Program-made: the position numbers and the translations under genes
The notes under the pieces: generated by a model
What the model was told of the DNA's origin: nothing
The model's database searches: none
What the model saw: the letters and a program-made list of their open reading frames with translations, nothing else
Assembly (NCBI RefSeq): GCF_964213995.1
Contig: NW_027590172.1
Coordinates: 186,001 to 250,000 of the forward strand
DNA: 64,000 nucleotides
Direction of reading: 5' to 3'
From: Mustelus asterias
Lineage: Eukaryota
Shown: positions 10,964-22,535 of the stretch, piece by piece
How positions within the stretch are numbered: position 1 is the first letter of the stretch
How the letters are laid out: each line of letters opens with the position of its first letter

Positions 10964-12266
10964 CTGTATTTTACAACTGCAGCTCCTGGGGCTGATTGGA
11001 GTCTGGTATAATAATCACAAAGGTCGGTTTCAGTGTCTCTGAGGTCATTTTAACTGCAGGTAATCTGACATTAAGGGAGACAAGAGGCCCAACAAACATT
11101 TGATTATAATAGGAGGACAAAGTGTAAGGGAACAATGATATTTTAAGGTGTCTGTGTTATGGTGAGTGTTACTGGGAGGTGAGTGATAAAATACAAGTGG
11201 AAACATCATGACAGATACATGTGACTGATTCGGCCTGACTGAGAGCTGTTATACTCGAGGCGAGAATAATGAGGACATGGGGAACTCCAGGGATTTCTGA
11301 TATCTGAGGTGTATCTGTTCGAGGAACTGAAAATAATCAGTTCCTCCTCATGGTTATCTCCAGTTCTCAAGTTACACAGACACACAGGAAAGAGATCTGA
11401 CAGCTCATCAAACACAATATTTTAATCTTCTGTTTGAGACACATTATAATCGAAAAGATCAAATATTAAAACCTGAGGAGAGAAACATTCAGAATGTCAC
11501 AAAGATGAGTGAACTGTCCAATTAATCCCATTCTCCATAACTCTGCCAATTTACCTTCTGCAAGTATTTATCCAATTCCCTTTGAAAGTTACTAGTAAAC
11601 CTGTTTCTAGCACCTGTCAGTTTGTGCATTCCAGATCATATGAAGTTATTGTGTAAAACATTCTCCTTATCACCCCCTCCAATTCTGTTGTCAATTAAAT
11701 TAAATCTCTGTATCCTCTGCTTACAGACCTTCCTGCACCAAGGAAATCGATTCTCTCCATCGACAGACCCTCCTGCTCCTGGGAGATAATTTCTCTCCAT
11801 TGATACTATCATTAATCATTTGTCATTTTAAACACCTCTATTAAATCTCCCCATCACATTCCCTGATCTAAGATGGATAACCCATGTTTTTCCTGCCCTG
11901 AAGAATAAATGGACTCAAAATGTTAACTCTCTGAACAGATGCCGCCGGACCTGCCGGGTTTTTCTGCTTTTCTCCCTGTTTATCCCTCTATAATCAATCA
12001 GAAACTCTTCATGATTTTGAACATCTTGATCAAATAGGAACACACAGAGCCTGAGAGAGGTACAGAGGGAGAGACAGAAAGACTGAGAGAAAAATTGAGA
12101 AAGATTTTAAAAAGCAGGAAGATGAGGCGGTCAAAGATAAAAGCTGAGAAACAGAGGAAACAAGCAATACAGAGAGAATGATATAGAATATAAGGGAGCA
12201 GGCTATCAGTTCCCAGCTATGGGGAGCAGAGTCGGCATCTCCACGTCAGAGCAGAGGGAACTCAGT

Positions 12267-12607
12267 GGGCGGCACAGTAGCACAGTGGTTAGCACTGCTG
12301 CTTCACAGCTCCAGGGACCTGGGTTCGATTCCGGCTCGGGTCACTGTCTGTGTGGAGTTTGCACATTCTCCTCGTGTCTGCGTGGGTTTCCTCCGGGTGC
12401 TCCAGTTTCCTCCCACAGTCCAAAGATGTGTGGGTTAGGCTGATTGGCCATGCTAAATTTGCCCCTTAGTTTTCTGAGATGTGTAGGTTAGAGGGATTAG
12501 CGGGTAAAAATATGGAGGGATATGGGGGTAGGGCCTGGGTGGGATTGTGGTCGGTACAGACTCGATGGGCCAAATGGCCTCTTTCTGCACTGTAGGGTTT
12601 CTATGAT
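12267..12607 (+). mobile_element. HE1/V-SINE-like SINE, full length
   Basis: gggcggcacagtagcacagtggttagc...gggttcgattcc...ctgtagggtttctatga. Confidence 0.92.
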
Positions 12608-14493
12608 TCAGTAACTGATCCACAGACACAGCTGGTTATATCTGCGAATGGAAACTCTGAACAGAAATAACTGGCTCATTTGTAAATGTCACCACAATGT
12701 GACCTTTGTGACTCTGCCCTGACTCTGTGGACAGATATAGGCCGCATTGACAGATGTTCTCACCAGATTGTTGTCCCTGGATTTATTTTCTGCTCAGAAC
12801 TGAGATGTGAGGTTTGGAACCGGCAGCAGAGAAACAGGAAGTTGTGTTACCTGAGAGTGAAACAGCCGGTGTCAGTTTGATGTTATCACCATGAACAGTC
12901 TTCCTTCCTGTGAGGGTGAACTCACTCTGACAGCATCAAGAACAACCACACAGATTGCTGCCGGTCTCAGCATTACATTCAGCTCCATTCCCATTTTAAA
13001 CAATAAAGAAAGGAGATTATTATGGATTTTTAACACATTCACTGAATTGGGAGATGGACTGAGGGTCATCAGTGGGAGAAATGAGGAGGAATTAGAGAAC
13101 AAATGAGTTTTCCCAAAGAGGGTTATTAGAAAAGAGGAGATTTAAAGTGAGTCAGGGCCTGTCAGAGGCAGTGGGAGAGAGAAACAGAGAGGATTGAATC
13201 TCCATCAATTACATGTTTTCTCAGGCAGCGAAGAGAGATGAAGTGTGTTTGTGCTTTTTCAGAGAGAGGTAATGAGAGAGAGAAAACAATGAACAAGTAT
13301 AAGCAGATCTGAAATAGGAAGGTTAAATGAGTGAGTGTTTGAAAGAAAGATAGAGAGACATTAAGTGACGAAGACAGTTTCTGAGAGGAGAGAGGTTAAG
13401 TGAAAATGAGAGAGGAGCGAGGTTAGAGTGTAAGAGAGGTGGAAGGTGAGGTAAGTGTGAGTGAATGCCTGGAGAGAGAGAGAGACGTTCAGTGAGTGTG
13501 AGAGAGATGAGAGATGTTGAGTGATTGAGTTTCTGAGAGAGAGGAGATGTTAAGTGAGTGAATGTCTGAAAGAGAGGAGAGCAGGTTCACACCCAGGGGT
13601 CACTGAGGATGATCAAAATAAGGAGATCACCCAGAAAACTACCAACAGGAAACTTCAGCTGAACACATCACTCATTCTTAAATGATCAGTCAGGGCTCTG
13701 GTGCTGCTCAGCTTCTCTCTGTTCTGTTCATAATGGTTAAAGGCTGATAGGAGTGAGGTTTATTTAAAAGGATAGTGTATGGGAAGCACACAACAAAACT
13801 GAGAATTCTTGGACACACACTGCAGCTCCTTCTCTATCTGGGAATCAAATTGTTGTCTAATTGTCCCAGCAGTTAACAGGCTCCTTTGAACTTCTCCAGC
13901 TGCTACTTTGATGCAGACTTCAACCAATTTATTTTAAGCCAGTTTCTGTTCAATAAACCAGGACTGACACACACACACATTAAAATGTTTTAGACTTTTT
14001 TGCATTTTTAGTCTGGAAACCTAAACCTGCCGTTTCACTCTCAGTCAGGAATAGATCCCAGTTTTACACCAATCTTTGACAGCACGTTTCCAGCATTCAC
14101 CATTGTTCTTCCTGACTCTAAACACAGTTGTAAAGGAGCTTCTTTTCCGTGTCTAGGAGCTCGGAACCATGGAAAAGAGCGACTGGGACACATTTTTTTC
14201 ACACCTCAGGATTCACCCACACGGGGACTTTGCTGTCAGTGGAAAGTGACGAAAAAGACCAAAGTGCTGTTTGTCCCTCTCAGCGTGACCCTGAAGGACT
14301 GGGTCAAGAATGAAGTTCTGTTGCTACTGTATGATCCTCCCTCAGATTGCCCTTTCTGAGCTCCAGCCTGGTGACGTTAAACACTCAAATGGAAAAGACA
14401 AAAATCTACAACAATGATTCAATCAAATGTCTATTTCACATTTATTCAGAATATCAAACCTCAACAGAAGAAAAAAGTCAGAGTGAAGATGAT

Positions 14494-15818
14494 TCAGACC
14501 TGGATATGATTAACAGCATCGATAAGTGTAGAATCCAAACCTTGCAGTCCCTTGTGAACTCGCCGGTGTGTTAGCAGGTGGGATGACTGAATAAATCCCT
14601 TTCCACAGACATTACAGGTGAACGGCCTCTCCCCAGTGTGAACTCGCTGGTGTTTCAGAAGATAAGATAAATGAGAAAATCCCTTCCCACAAACAGAGCA
14701 GGTAAATGGCCTCTCCCCACTGTGAACTCTCTGATGTGTCAGCACGTTGGATGACTGACTGAATCCCTTCCCACACGTGGAGCAGGTGAACGGCCTTTCC
14801 CCAGTGTGAACTCGCTGGTGATTCAATAAGTTGGATGAACGAGTGAATCCCTTCCCACAAACGGAGCAAGTGAATGGCCTTTCCTCACTGTGAACCTGCT
14901 GGTGTGTCAGAAGGTTGTATGAACGGGTGAATCCCTTCCCACACACGGAGCAAGTGAATGGCCTCTCCTCACTGTGAACCTGCTGGTGTGTCAGAAGGTT
15001 GTATGAATGGGTGAATCCCTTCCCACATTCAGAGCAGGTGAACGGTCGATCCCCTGTATGGAACTGCTGGTGTATCAGAAGGTTGGATGAATTAATAAAT
15101 CCCTTCCCACAGTCTGAGCAGGTCATAGAAATCATAGAAACCCTACAGTGCAGAAGGAGGCCATTCGGCCCATCGACTCTGCACCGACCACAATCCCACC
15201 CAGGCCCTACCCCCACAAGGGCCTCTCCCCAGTGTGAATTCTCTGGTGGTTCAGTAGGGCAGATGGGCAGCTGAATCCCTTCCCACACACACAGCAGGTG
15301 AATGGCCTCTCCCCAGTGTGAGTATATTGGTGCGTCAGCAGATCCTTTTTGTTTTTAAAGCTCTTCGCACAGTCAGAACAATTAAAAAGTTTGTTATCAG
15401 AGTGAACAAGTTGATGTGTCTGCAAGTGGGATGACTGAATGAATCCTTTCCCACACACAGAGCAGGTGAACGGTCTCTCCCCAGTGTGAATTCGTTGGTG
15501 TGTCAGCAGATCTTTTTTGCATTTAAAACTCTTCTCACAGTCAGAACATGTAAACAGTTTCTCATCAGTGTGAACAAGTTGGTGTGTCACAATGTGGGAT
15601 GAGCGAGTGAATCCCTTCCCACACACAGGGCAGGTGAACGGCCTCTCCCCAGTGTGAACCCGTTGGTGAGTCAGAAGATTGTATGAATGGGTGAATCCCT
15701 TCCCACAGACGGAGCAGGTGAACGGTCTCTCCCCAGTGTGACTGCGCCGATGAACTTCCAATTGTGATGGGAAACCGAATCCCTTCCCACAATCCACACA
15801 TTCCCACGGTTTCTCCAT
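14494..15818 (-). pseudogene. ZNF-B: 14-finger C2H2 gene interrupted by a SINE (7 fingers then 7 fingers)
   Basis: MEKPWEC start at 15818. The frame stops inside the SINE (ERPLWG*), and the remaining 7 intact fingers lie in another frame ending at 14494. Confidence 0.8.
15124..15216 (-). mobile_element. 5'-truncated HE1-like SINE tail (~92 bp) inside the ZNF-B exon
   Basis: gtgggggtagggcctgggtgggattgtggtcggtgcagagtcgatgggccgaatggcctccttctgcactgtagggtttctatgatttctatg sits between ERP and TCSDC. Confidence 0.92.
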
Positions 15819-16401
15819 GGTGCTGGTGTCCTTGTGCTTCTCCAAGTTGGATGATCAGTTAAAGCCTGGTCCACACACACAACATACAGATAGTTTCACC
15901 CTGCTGTGAAAAGTGTTATGTTTCTTCAGGCTGTGTAACTGTTTAAAGATCTTTCCACAGTCAGTTCGCTGGAACACTCTCACTCGGGTGTGGGTTTGTC
16001 CCGATACTTTTCCGGTCACACTGATGTTAAATTTCTTTGCCCACAGGCAGAACAGACAAATATTTCTCCTTCCACATTCAAAGGCCGATGATATTCAGCT
16101 CCTAAGGAACTGAATAACTTTGTCAGATGTGATGTCCGGTTTGAGTTTTCCGACTGCCGTTCCTTCACTTCGAATATCCTGTAAAAAAGTTTAGAAAAGT
16201 CATCACTGTCAGAACTGGATAAAAATTCTGAACAATTCCAGTTTCTCTGGAACATTTTTTCCTCTCTTGTTCCCCCAAATCTGTAAATCCCCGTCCCACA
16301 CACTCTCCCTCCTCCCTGGGCTGAAATCCAAACCCATCTCCACCATTTCTTTCCTCCACTCCCAGTTTTCTCCCTCCCTCTCCTCTGTCTGGGTTCAGTT
16401 C

Positions 16402-16601
16402 ATGATGTGGTTTTAAGACTTGATGAGCTGTAAGTATTCGCATTCCAACCATTATTCTGTAAATTGAGTTTGTGTCTTTATATGCCCTGTTTGTGAACAG
16501 AATTCCCACTCACCTGATGAAGGAGCAGCGCTCCGAAAGCTTGTGGCTTTTGCGACCAAATAAACCTGTTGTACTTTAACCTGGTGTTGTTAAACTTCTT
16601 A
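16402..16601 (+). mobile_element. Penelope-like element remnant (family A) in the ZNF-B intron
   Basis: Flanked by the 13-bp direct repeat ctgggttcagttc. It has the same 3' end as 10880-10963 and 44160-44245. Confidence 0.7.
16510..16546 (+). ncRNA. Candidate minimal type-I hammerhead ribozyme motif
   Basis: tcac-CTGATGA-a-GGAGC-agc-GCTCC-GAAA-GC-TT-gtgg has both core boxes, a 5-bp stem II, a CAC/GTG stem I and a palindromic AGCT stem III. Confidence 0.5.
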
Positions 16602-16669
16602 CTGGGTTCAGTTCTCCAGCTCCTGTCTGCAGACTGACAATAAAACCAATGGGTCTTATTGGGGGTGTT

Positions 16670-17200
16670 GGGGCCTCCAGCGGGTGTTTGTGAATCCTCC
16701 CCGCCCACCTCCCAGGGTTTCCTTCCTTCCCAGAGATCAGAGTCCTCATTGATTTGAGGCCAAAGTGTAACCTCTTATTTATTGTCCCCCTCCCCCATCC
16801 TCTGATGTGAACCATCCTCCAGTGGCTGAGCCAGGATGGGGCCGTTAACCTGGGCCTGTTCCCGGGAGGGAGGGAGGGAGAAGCCCCGCAGCTGCAAACC
16901 AGGGAGCTGACAATGATTCTGAAGGGTTTGCGGATCCACAAAGTGTTTCCAAATCCTCCCAGCCACCGCCTAACGCTGACTCCGCTTCTCCGGGACAAAC
17001 AAGCACCAAGGCCAGCAATGACACTGCGCATGCTCCACATCACAATGCCCGGGCACTGATTGACGGCAGCTCCGGACCAATAGGAAGAGGGGGCGGGGCT
17101 GGAGGACCGAGCGGGAGCGGCTGGTCCTCCAACCAATCAGAGTGAATGAGAGGCGGGGCTGAGCCCGGATCTCCCTCATTGGCTGAAACTCTGCATCATT
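16670..17200 (-). promoter_or_regulatory. CpG promoter and non-coding first-exon region of ZNF-B
   Basis: CCAAT boxes, GGGGCGGGG and TGCGCATGC. Near-identical inverted copy at 57225-57725. Confidence 0.7.
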
Positions 17201-18259
17201 GTGAAAGCTGCTTTGTGTCAAACTCCAGGAGAAAACTGGACCTTTCTGTTTGTGGCTTCAAACAGATGAGCGGAAAGGAAGGGATCTGGAAAGCAGCAGA
17301 CACCAGGTTATTCTGGGAGAAATAGGACCTCTGCAATGTCAAGTTTTACACAGCACACGGGCAGCCTGTGGTTTCACCCTGGATGGAGAATCTCCGAATT
17401 GCATCATTCAAATCACTCCATGGAATTCTCAGGAACCACATTGTTTGTTTGGAGAGGAAGGCTTGTAGTACAGTTAATGAAAAGCAGCACACAGCTAAAC
17501 ACAGAGGCCCACACATTCTCTCCCGCAGTCACACACAAACGGACATCTTCTCAACGCACAGAAACCCACGTATATCAACAGGTACATGCACAGAGGATAT
17601 ACGCAGATTTACTCCATGATACACACATGGATACACTTACTCACACACAAATATACACACGGGACACTTACTGTCCTTTGGGGCGGACAACGCTCACCCA
17701 CCTGTCTAATATTCGGGATAAAGCCACAAAGTTCAAGAAATTTCGGGAAAAATGACCCTCCAAGGACAACGAGCAGTCTTGACCATCCAATATTCGACCT
17801 TCTTCTCTGAAACAGAATCTTACATTCAGCACAGAAACAACAACAAACACTAACATTAAACATTCCGTTCCCACCCTATGTTATCAGGCCCATTTGGAGA
17901 TAGTAGACAATGCAGAATATCTCAGGATAATTGCAGCCACTAATTTTCCTTTTGTAATTACAGAAATGCTCATCCTCTCATATTGATCATCTAGTTGTTG
18001 AAGGAAATATTGATCGTCTCGTTATTGAAGGAAATTCTAAGACAGGTTAGAAGGAGAAAAAAAATCTAATGTTATTGTAACTCTGCAGTCCAATATTCCC
18101 TTGGCCCTAATCCTTGCTGCTCTAATCTGATAGGATTAGATGTATTGCACAATACCTAGCAGGTGCCATTGACATTGTACATCTTCGTTATCAATAATAC
18201 TCCTAACTTAGTATCATCCACAAACTTACTAACCATGCATTGTACATTCACATCCAAAT

Positions 18260-18540
18260 TTGTTTTGATTTGATTGGATTTATTATTGTCAAATATATAC
18301 AGTGAAAAGTATTGTTTCTTGCGTGCTATACAGACAAAGCATAACATTCATGGAGAAGGAAAGGAGAGAGTGCAGAATGTAGTGTTACAGTCATAGCTAG
18401 GGTGTAGAGAAAGATCAACTTAGTGCGACGTAAGTCCATTCAAAAATCTGATGGCAGCAGAGAAGAAGATGTTCTTGAGTTGGTTGGTATGTGACTTCAA
18501 GATTTTATATCTTTTTCCCGACAGAAGAAGGTGGAAGGTG
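18260..18540 (-). mobile_element. Rex1/Babar-type LINE 3' end
   Basis: Tail tttgatttgattggatttattattgtc. The same sequence occurs at 21259-21620. Confidence 0.6.
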
Positions 18541-18544
18541 GACA

Positions 18545-19480
18545 TTGACCTACACAAGAAAGCCAGATACAATCGAAAGATGCCAAAAGACAATACCAGA
18601 CCAAGCTAGAGTCCCAGGCAAGCCACACCGACCCCAATTATGGCAAGGTCTGCAAGACATAACAGGCTACAAGATGAAGGCATATAAAATTGCCAGCTCC
18701 AACGCACCCCTCCCTGATGAGCTCAATGCATTCTACGCCCGTTTTGAGAAAGTGGTCAGCAAGAGCATGCCCTCCACCCTGGAAGCCCTGGATGAACCTG
18801 TATCTGGGGTCACCACTTCAGATGTCAGAGCAGCTTTGTTGAAGGTCAACCCACGGAAAGCAACTGACCCAGATGGGGTACCTGGAAATGCACTCAGATC
18901 CTGCGCGGATTAGCTGGCAGAGGTATTCACAGACATCTTCAACCTCTCTTTACAAGAATCTGAGGTCCCTATCTGCTTCAAGAAGATGACCATCATCCCG
19001 GTACCTAAGAAAAATCAAGCAGCATGCCTTAATGACTATCGGCGGTGGCTCTGACATCCATCATTATGAAGTGCTTCGAAAGGTTAGTCATGGCACAAGT
19101 CAATTCCAGCCTCCCGGACTACCTGGATCCACTACAGTTTGCCTACCACTGCAACAGGTCCACAGCAGACGCCATTTCCCTGGCCCTGCACTCAACCCTG
19201 GAACACCTAGATAACAAGGACACCTATGTCAGGCTCCTATTTATTGACTACAGCTCAGCTTTCAACACTATTATTCCCAAGAAACTCCTCTCCAAACTCC
19301 ATGGCCTGGGCCTTGGCACCTCCTTCTCTGACTGGATCCTGAACTTCCTAATTCATAGACCACAATCAGCAAGGATAGGCAACAACACCTACTCCATGAT
19401 CATCCTCAACATTAGTGCCCCACAAGGCTGTGTTCTCAGCCCCCTACTATACTCCTGATACACCTATGACTGTGCGGAAA
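18545..19480 (+). mobile_element. Rex1/Babar LINE RT fragment, decayed
   Basis: [14 protein letters not shown]...LDPLQFAY...NRSTADAI...[17 protein letters not shown]...[13 protein letters not shown], with stops and a frameshift. Confidence 0.88.
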
Positions 19481-19539
19481 AATTTGACACATGACAGGTA
19501 GACATCAACACGCATGCTATAATTGACCTCAGAATCCTC

Positions 19540-19823
19540 GGGTGGCACAGTGGTTAGCACGGCTGCCTCAGCGCCAGGGACCTGGATTCAATTCCCAGCT
19601 TGGGTAACTGTCTATGTGTCATTTGCACATTCTCTCCGTGTGGGTTTCCTCTGGGCGCTCCGGTTTCCTCCCACACTACAAAGATGTGCGGGTTAGGTGG
19701 ATTGGCCATGCTAAATTGCCCCTTAGTATCAGGGGACTACTAGGGTAAATGCATGGGGTTATGGGGATAGGACCTAGGTGGGAATGTGGTCAGTGAAGAC
19801 TCGATGGGCCGAATGGCCTCCTT
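19540..19823 (+). mobile_element. HE1/V-SINE-like SINE
   Basis: gtggcacagtggttagc...ggattctatga. Confidence 0.88.
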
Positions 19824-19844
19824 CTGTACGTAGGATTCTATGAT

Positions 19845-20110
19845 TAAGACAAAAAGAAATAAGAACAGGAGAAGGCAGATCGGCCCCTCAGGCCTGCTCC
19901 AGCATTCAATAGGATCATGGCTGACCCAACATTCCTCACATCCACTTTCCTGCCCTTTCCCCATAACCCCTGATTCCCTTATTGATCAAAAATCTAACTC
20001 AGCCTTAAATATACCACAAGGATTTTGCTCCCATAGCTCTCTCTGGCAAGGAATTCCAAAGACTCACAACGCCCTGAGAGAAGAAATTCCTCTTCATCTC
20101 AGACTTGAAT
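19845..20110 (-). mobile_element. CR1 3' fragment
   Basis: Reverse of gatgaagaggaatttcttctctcagggcgttgtgagtctttggaattcc plus 3' UTR. Confidence 0.7.
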
Positions 20111-20165
20111 TGGCTTCAGGAGGTTAAAATCCTGTTTTGTTTCCCCTGCTGATTTATCTCCAGTG

Positions 20166-20500
20166 ACCAGACAATCGGAGTGAATGAGGGGCGGGGCTGG
20201 AGGACTGAGCGGGACAGCCTGGTCCTCCAGCCAATCGGAGTGAATAAGGGGCGGGGCGGGAGGACCAAGCGGGACAGCCTGGTCCTCCAGCCAATAGGAG
20301 TGAATGAAGGGCGGGACTGGAGGACCGAGGGGGACAGTCTGGTCCACCAGCCAATGGGAGTGAATGAGGGGCGGGGCTGGTGGACGGGGCGGGACAGCCT
20401 GGTCCTCCAGCCAATCGGAGTGAATGAGGGGAGGGGCTGCAGGACCGTACGGGAGAGCCTGGTCCTCCAGCCAATGGGAGTGAATGAGGGGCGGGGCTGA
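20166..20500. repeat. 60-bp tandem array (~5.5 copies), each unit with CCAAT and a GC box
   Basis: Unit ggtcctccagCCAATcggagtgaatgaGGGGCGGGGctggaggaccgagcgggacagcct. Confidence 0.92.
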
Positions 20501-20509
20501 GTGCGGACC

Positions 20510-21100
20510 CCCATTGTGATCTGGAGCATGCGCATTGCCGCTCACAGTTGAGGATTGAGGCGGTTGTGGGAATTATCAGCCCGGGAGATACCGCCGGATA
20601 AATCAGGAACGAGAGACGGAGCCGGTGGGTGGGTTGGTTTGGAGGCTTCATAAGACATGCTGTATAGGCCCCAAGTCCTCATACGAAGCTCGGATTCGGT
20701 ATTTAAACGGATGACAGCTGCTCGGGCTTTACCCTCAGACAGGCCCGGGTGAACGGCCGCCATCTTGAGACGGGCACAGCTTGCGGCGGAGCGCGTGCGC
20801 AGACAGAGGGAGTTCCAGGCTCATTCCAGATCCCGATTGAATCTGATTGGTTGGAGGACCAGCGTCTCCCGCTCGGTCATCCGGCCCCGCCTCCTCTTCC
20901 TATTGGTCCGAGCTGCCGTCAATCAGCCCCTGGGCATTGTGAGCTGGAACAAACCCTTCAGAATTATTGTCAGCTCCCTGGTTTGCAGCTGCGGGGCTTC
21001 TCCCTCCCTCCCTCCCGGGAACAGGCCCAGGTTAACGGCCCCATCCTGGCTCAGCCACTGGAGGATGATTCACATCAGAGGATGGGGGAGGGGGACAATA
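20510..21100 (+). promoter_or_regulatory. CpG promoter and first-exon region, likely for ZNF-C
   Basis: GCATGCGCA, YY1 site CCGCCATCTT and ATTGG/GC boxes. 20840-21100 is homologous to 57240-57603 with an internal deletion. Confidence 0.65.
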
Positions 21101-21258
21101 AATCATCGAATCCCTACAGTGCAGAAGGAGACCATTCGGCCCAGTGAGTCTGCACCGACCACAACCCCATCCCTCACTGTTTGTATGTTCCCACAACTCT
21201 GGGAGAAGACAGCCTCACACAGCCTGACCTCAGTTCTGGCAAGACCCATTCACCATTC

Positions 21259-21620
21259 TTTGATTTGATTTATTATTGTCACGTGTATTATCATACAGTG
21301 AAAAGTATTGTTTCTTGCGCACTATACAGACAAAACATACCGTTCATAGAGAAGGAAATGAGAGGGTGCAGAATGTAGTGTTACAGTTACAGCTAGGGTG
21401 TAGAGAAAAATCAACTTAATGCAAGGTAAGTCCATTCAAAAGTCCGACAACAGCAGGGAAGAAGTTGTTCTTGAGTCGGTTGGTACGTGACCTCAGACTT
21501 CTGTATCTTTTTCCCGACCGATAAAGATGGAAGAGAGAATGTCCGGGATGCATGAGGTCCTTAATTATGCTGGCTGCTTTGCCGAGGCAGCAGGAAGTGT
21601 AGCAGAGTCAATGGATTGGA
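21259..21620 (-). mobile_element. Rex1/Babar-type LINE 3' end
   Basis: Same family as 18260-18540. Confidence 0.6.
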
Positions 21621-21623
21621 GGC

Positions 21624-21779
21624 ACATCTTTGGACTGTGGGAGGAAACTGGAGCACCCGGAGGAAACCCACGCAGACATGGGGAGAACATGCAGACTCCA
21701 TACAGAGAGTGACCCAAGCCAGGAATCAAACCTGGGTCCCTGGCGCTGTGAGGCAGCAGTGCTAAACACTGTGCCACCC
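21624..21779 (-). mobile_element. HE1-like SINE, 5' half
   Basis: Reverse complement ggtggcacagtgtttagc...cccacagtccaaagatgtg. Confidence 0.85.
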
Positions 21780-22535
21780 CAGAGGGAGGGGGTGGAATCT
21801 GCAAGTAAGGAAAGGAATTGTGAAGATGGTGTGATGGATTTAGCAGGCTGATCAACTCTCATGGTGAAAATTATGGTACAGCCTGCCCTGGAGTCCAAAT
21901 GAATGGTGGATGGGTCTTGCCAGAACTGAGGTCAGGCTGTGTGGAAGTGGCGTCTGCCAGAGTTGTGGGAACATGGAAACAGTGAGGGATGGGGTTGTAT
22001 GCAATGAGAAAGCCTGGGACAGTGGACTCAAATACAGATTAATCCTGTTAAATATGGGACAGACAGTTAGCCTGGGAAGAGTGTGTGGGATGAGGAGTCA
22101 CTGTTTTCAAGGCACAAATAAAGACAGATGTATCATGAAAAATGTAATTCTGTTCAGAATTTCTCTATTTATAAATTTTGTAAACTCCTTTTTCCAGGAA
22201 ATTAGAGTGTGTGGATTTATGGACAGTAAGCTCAAACTGAACATCACAGAATGATCTGACAGAATCACTCAGTTCACCACAGCCAATATCATCAGTGTTT
22301 GAATTTGGAAGGAGCAATGTTTGTCTGTGAGACCATTTCAAACATCAGTGTGACAGGAAAAGCATCAAAACACATCCTGGAATGAGAGTGCTGCAGAGCA
22401 CTAACCGTGAAAGATCTTTAAATCGTTAAACAGCCTGTAAAAACATCAGACCGCTCGCAGCGGGGAGTAACTACACGTACTCTGTGTGTGTTCAACTGAT
22501 TCTGCAACCTGGAGAGGGACAAGGAAACTGGCACC

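Noticed and set aside
12267-12345. tRNA gene (A and B boxes)
   Set aside because: It is the tRNA-derived head of a SINE repeated more than 10 times in the window.
13130-13580. Purine-rich (GA) tract
   Set aside because: Degenerate simple-sequence DNA with no further structure evident.
16576-17136. Apparently conserved 186/188-aa ORF pair (also 57248-57814)
   Set aside because: Non-ATG start, overlaps promoter motifs, and the similarity reflects recent DNA duplication.
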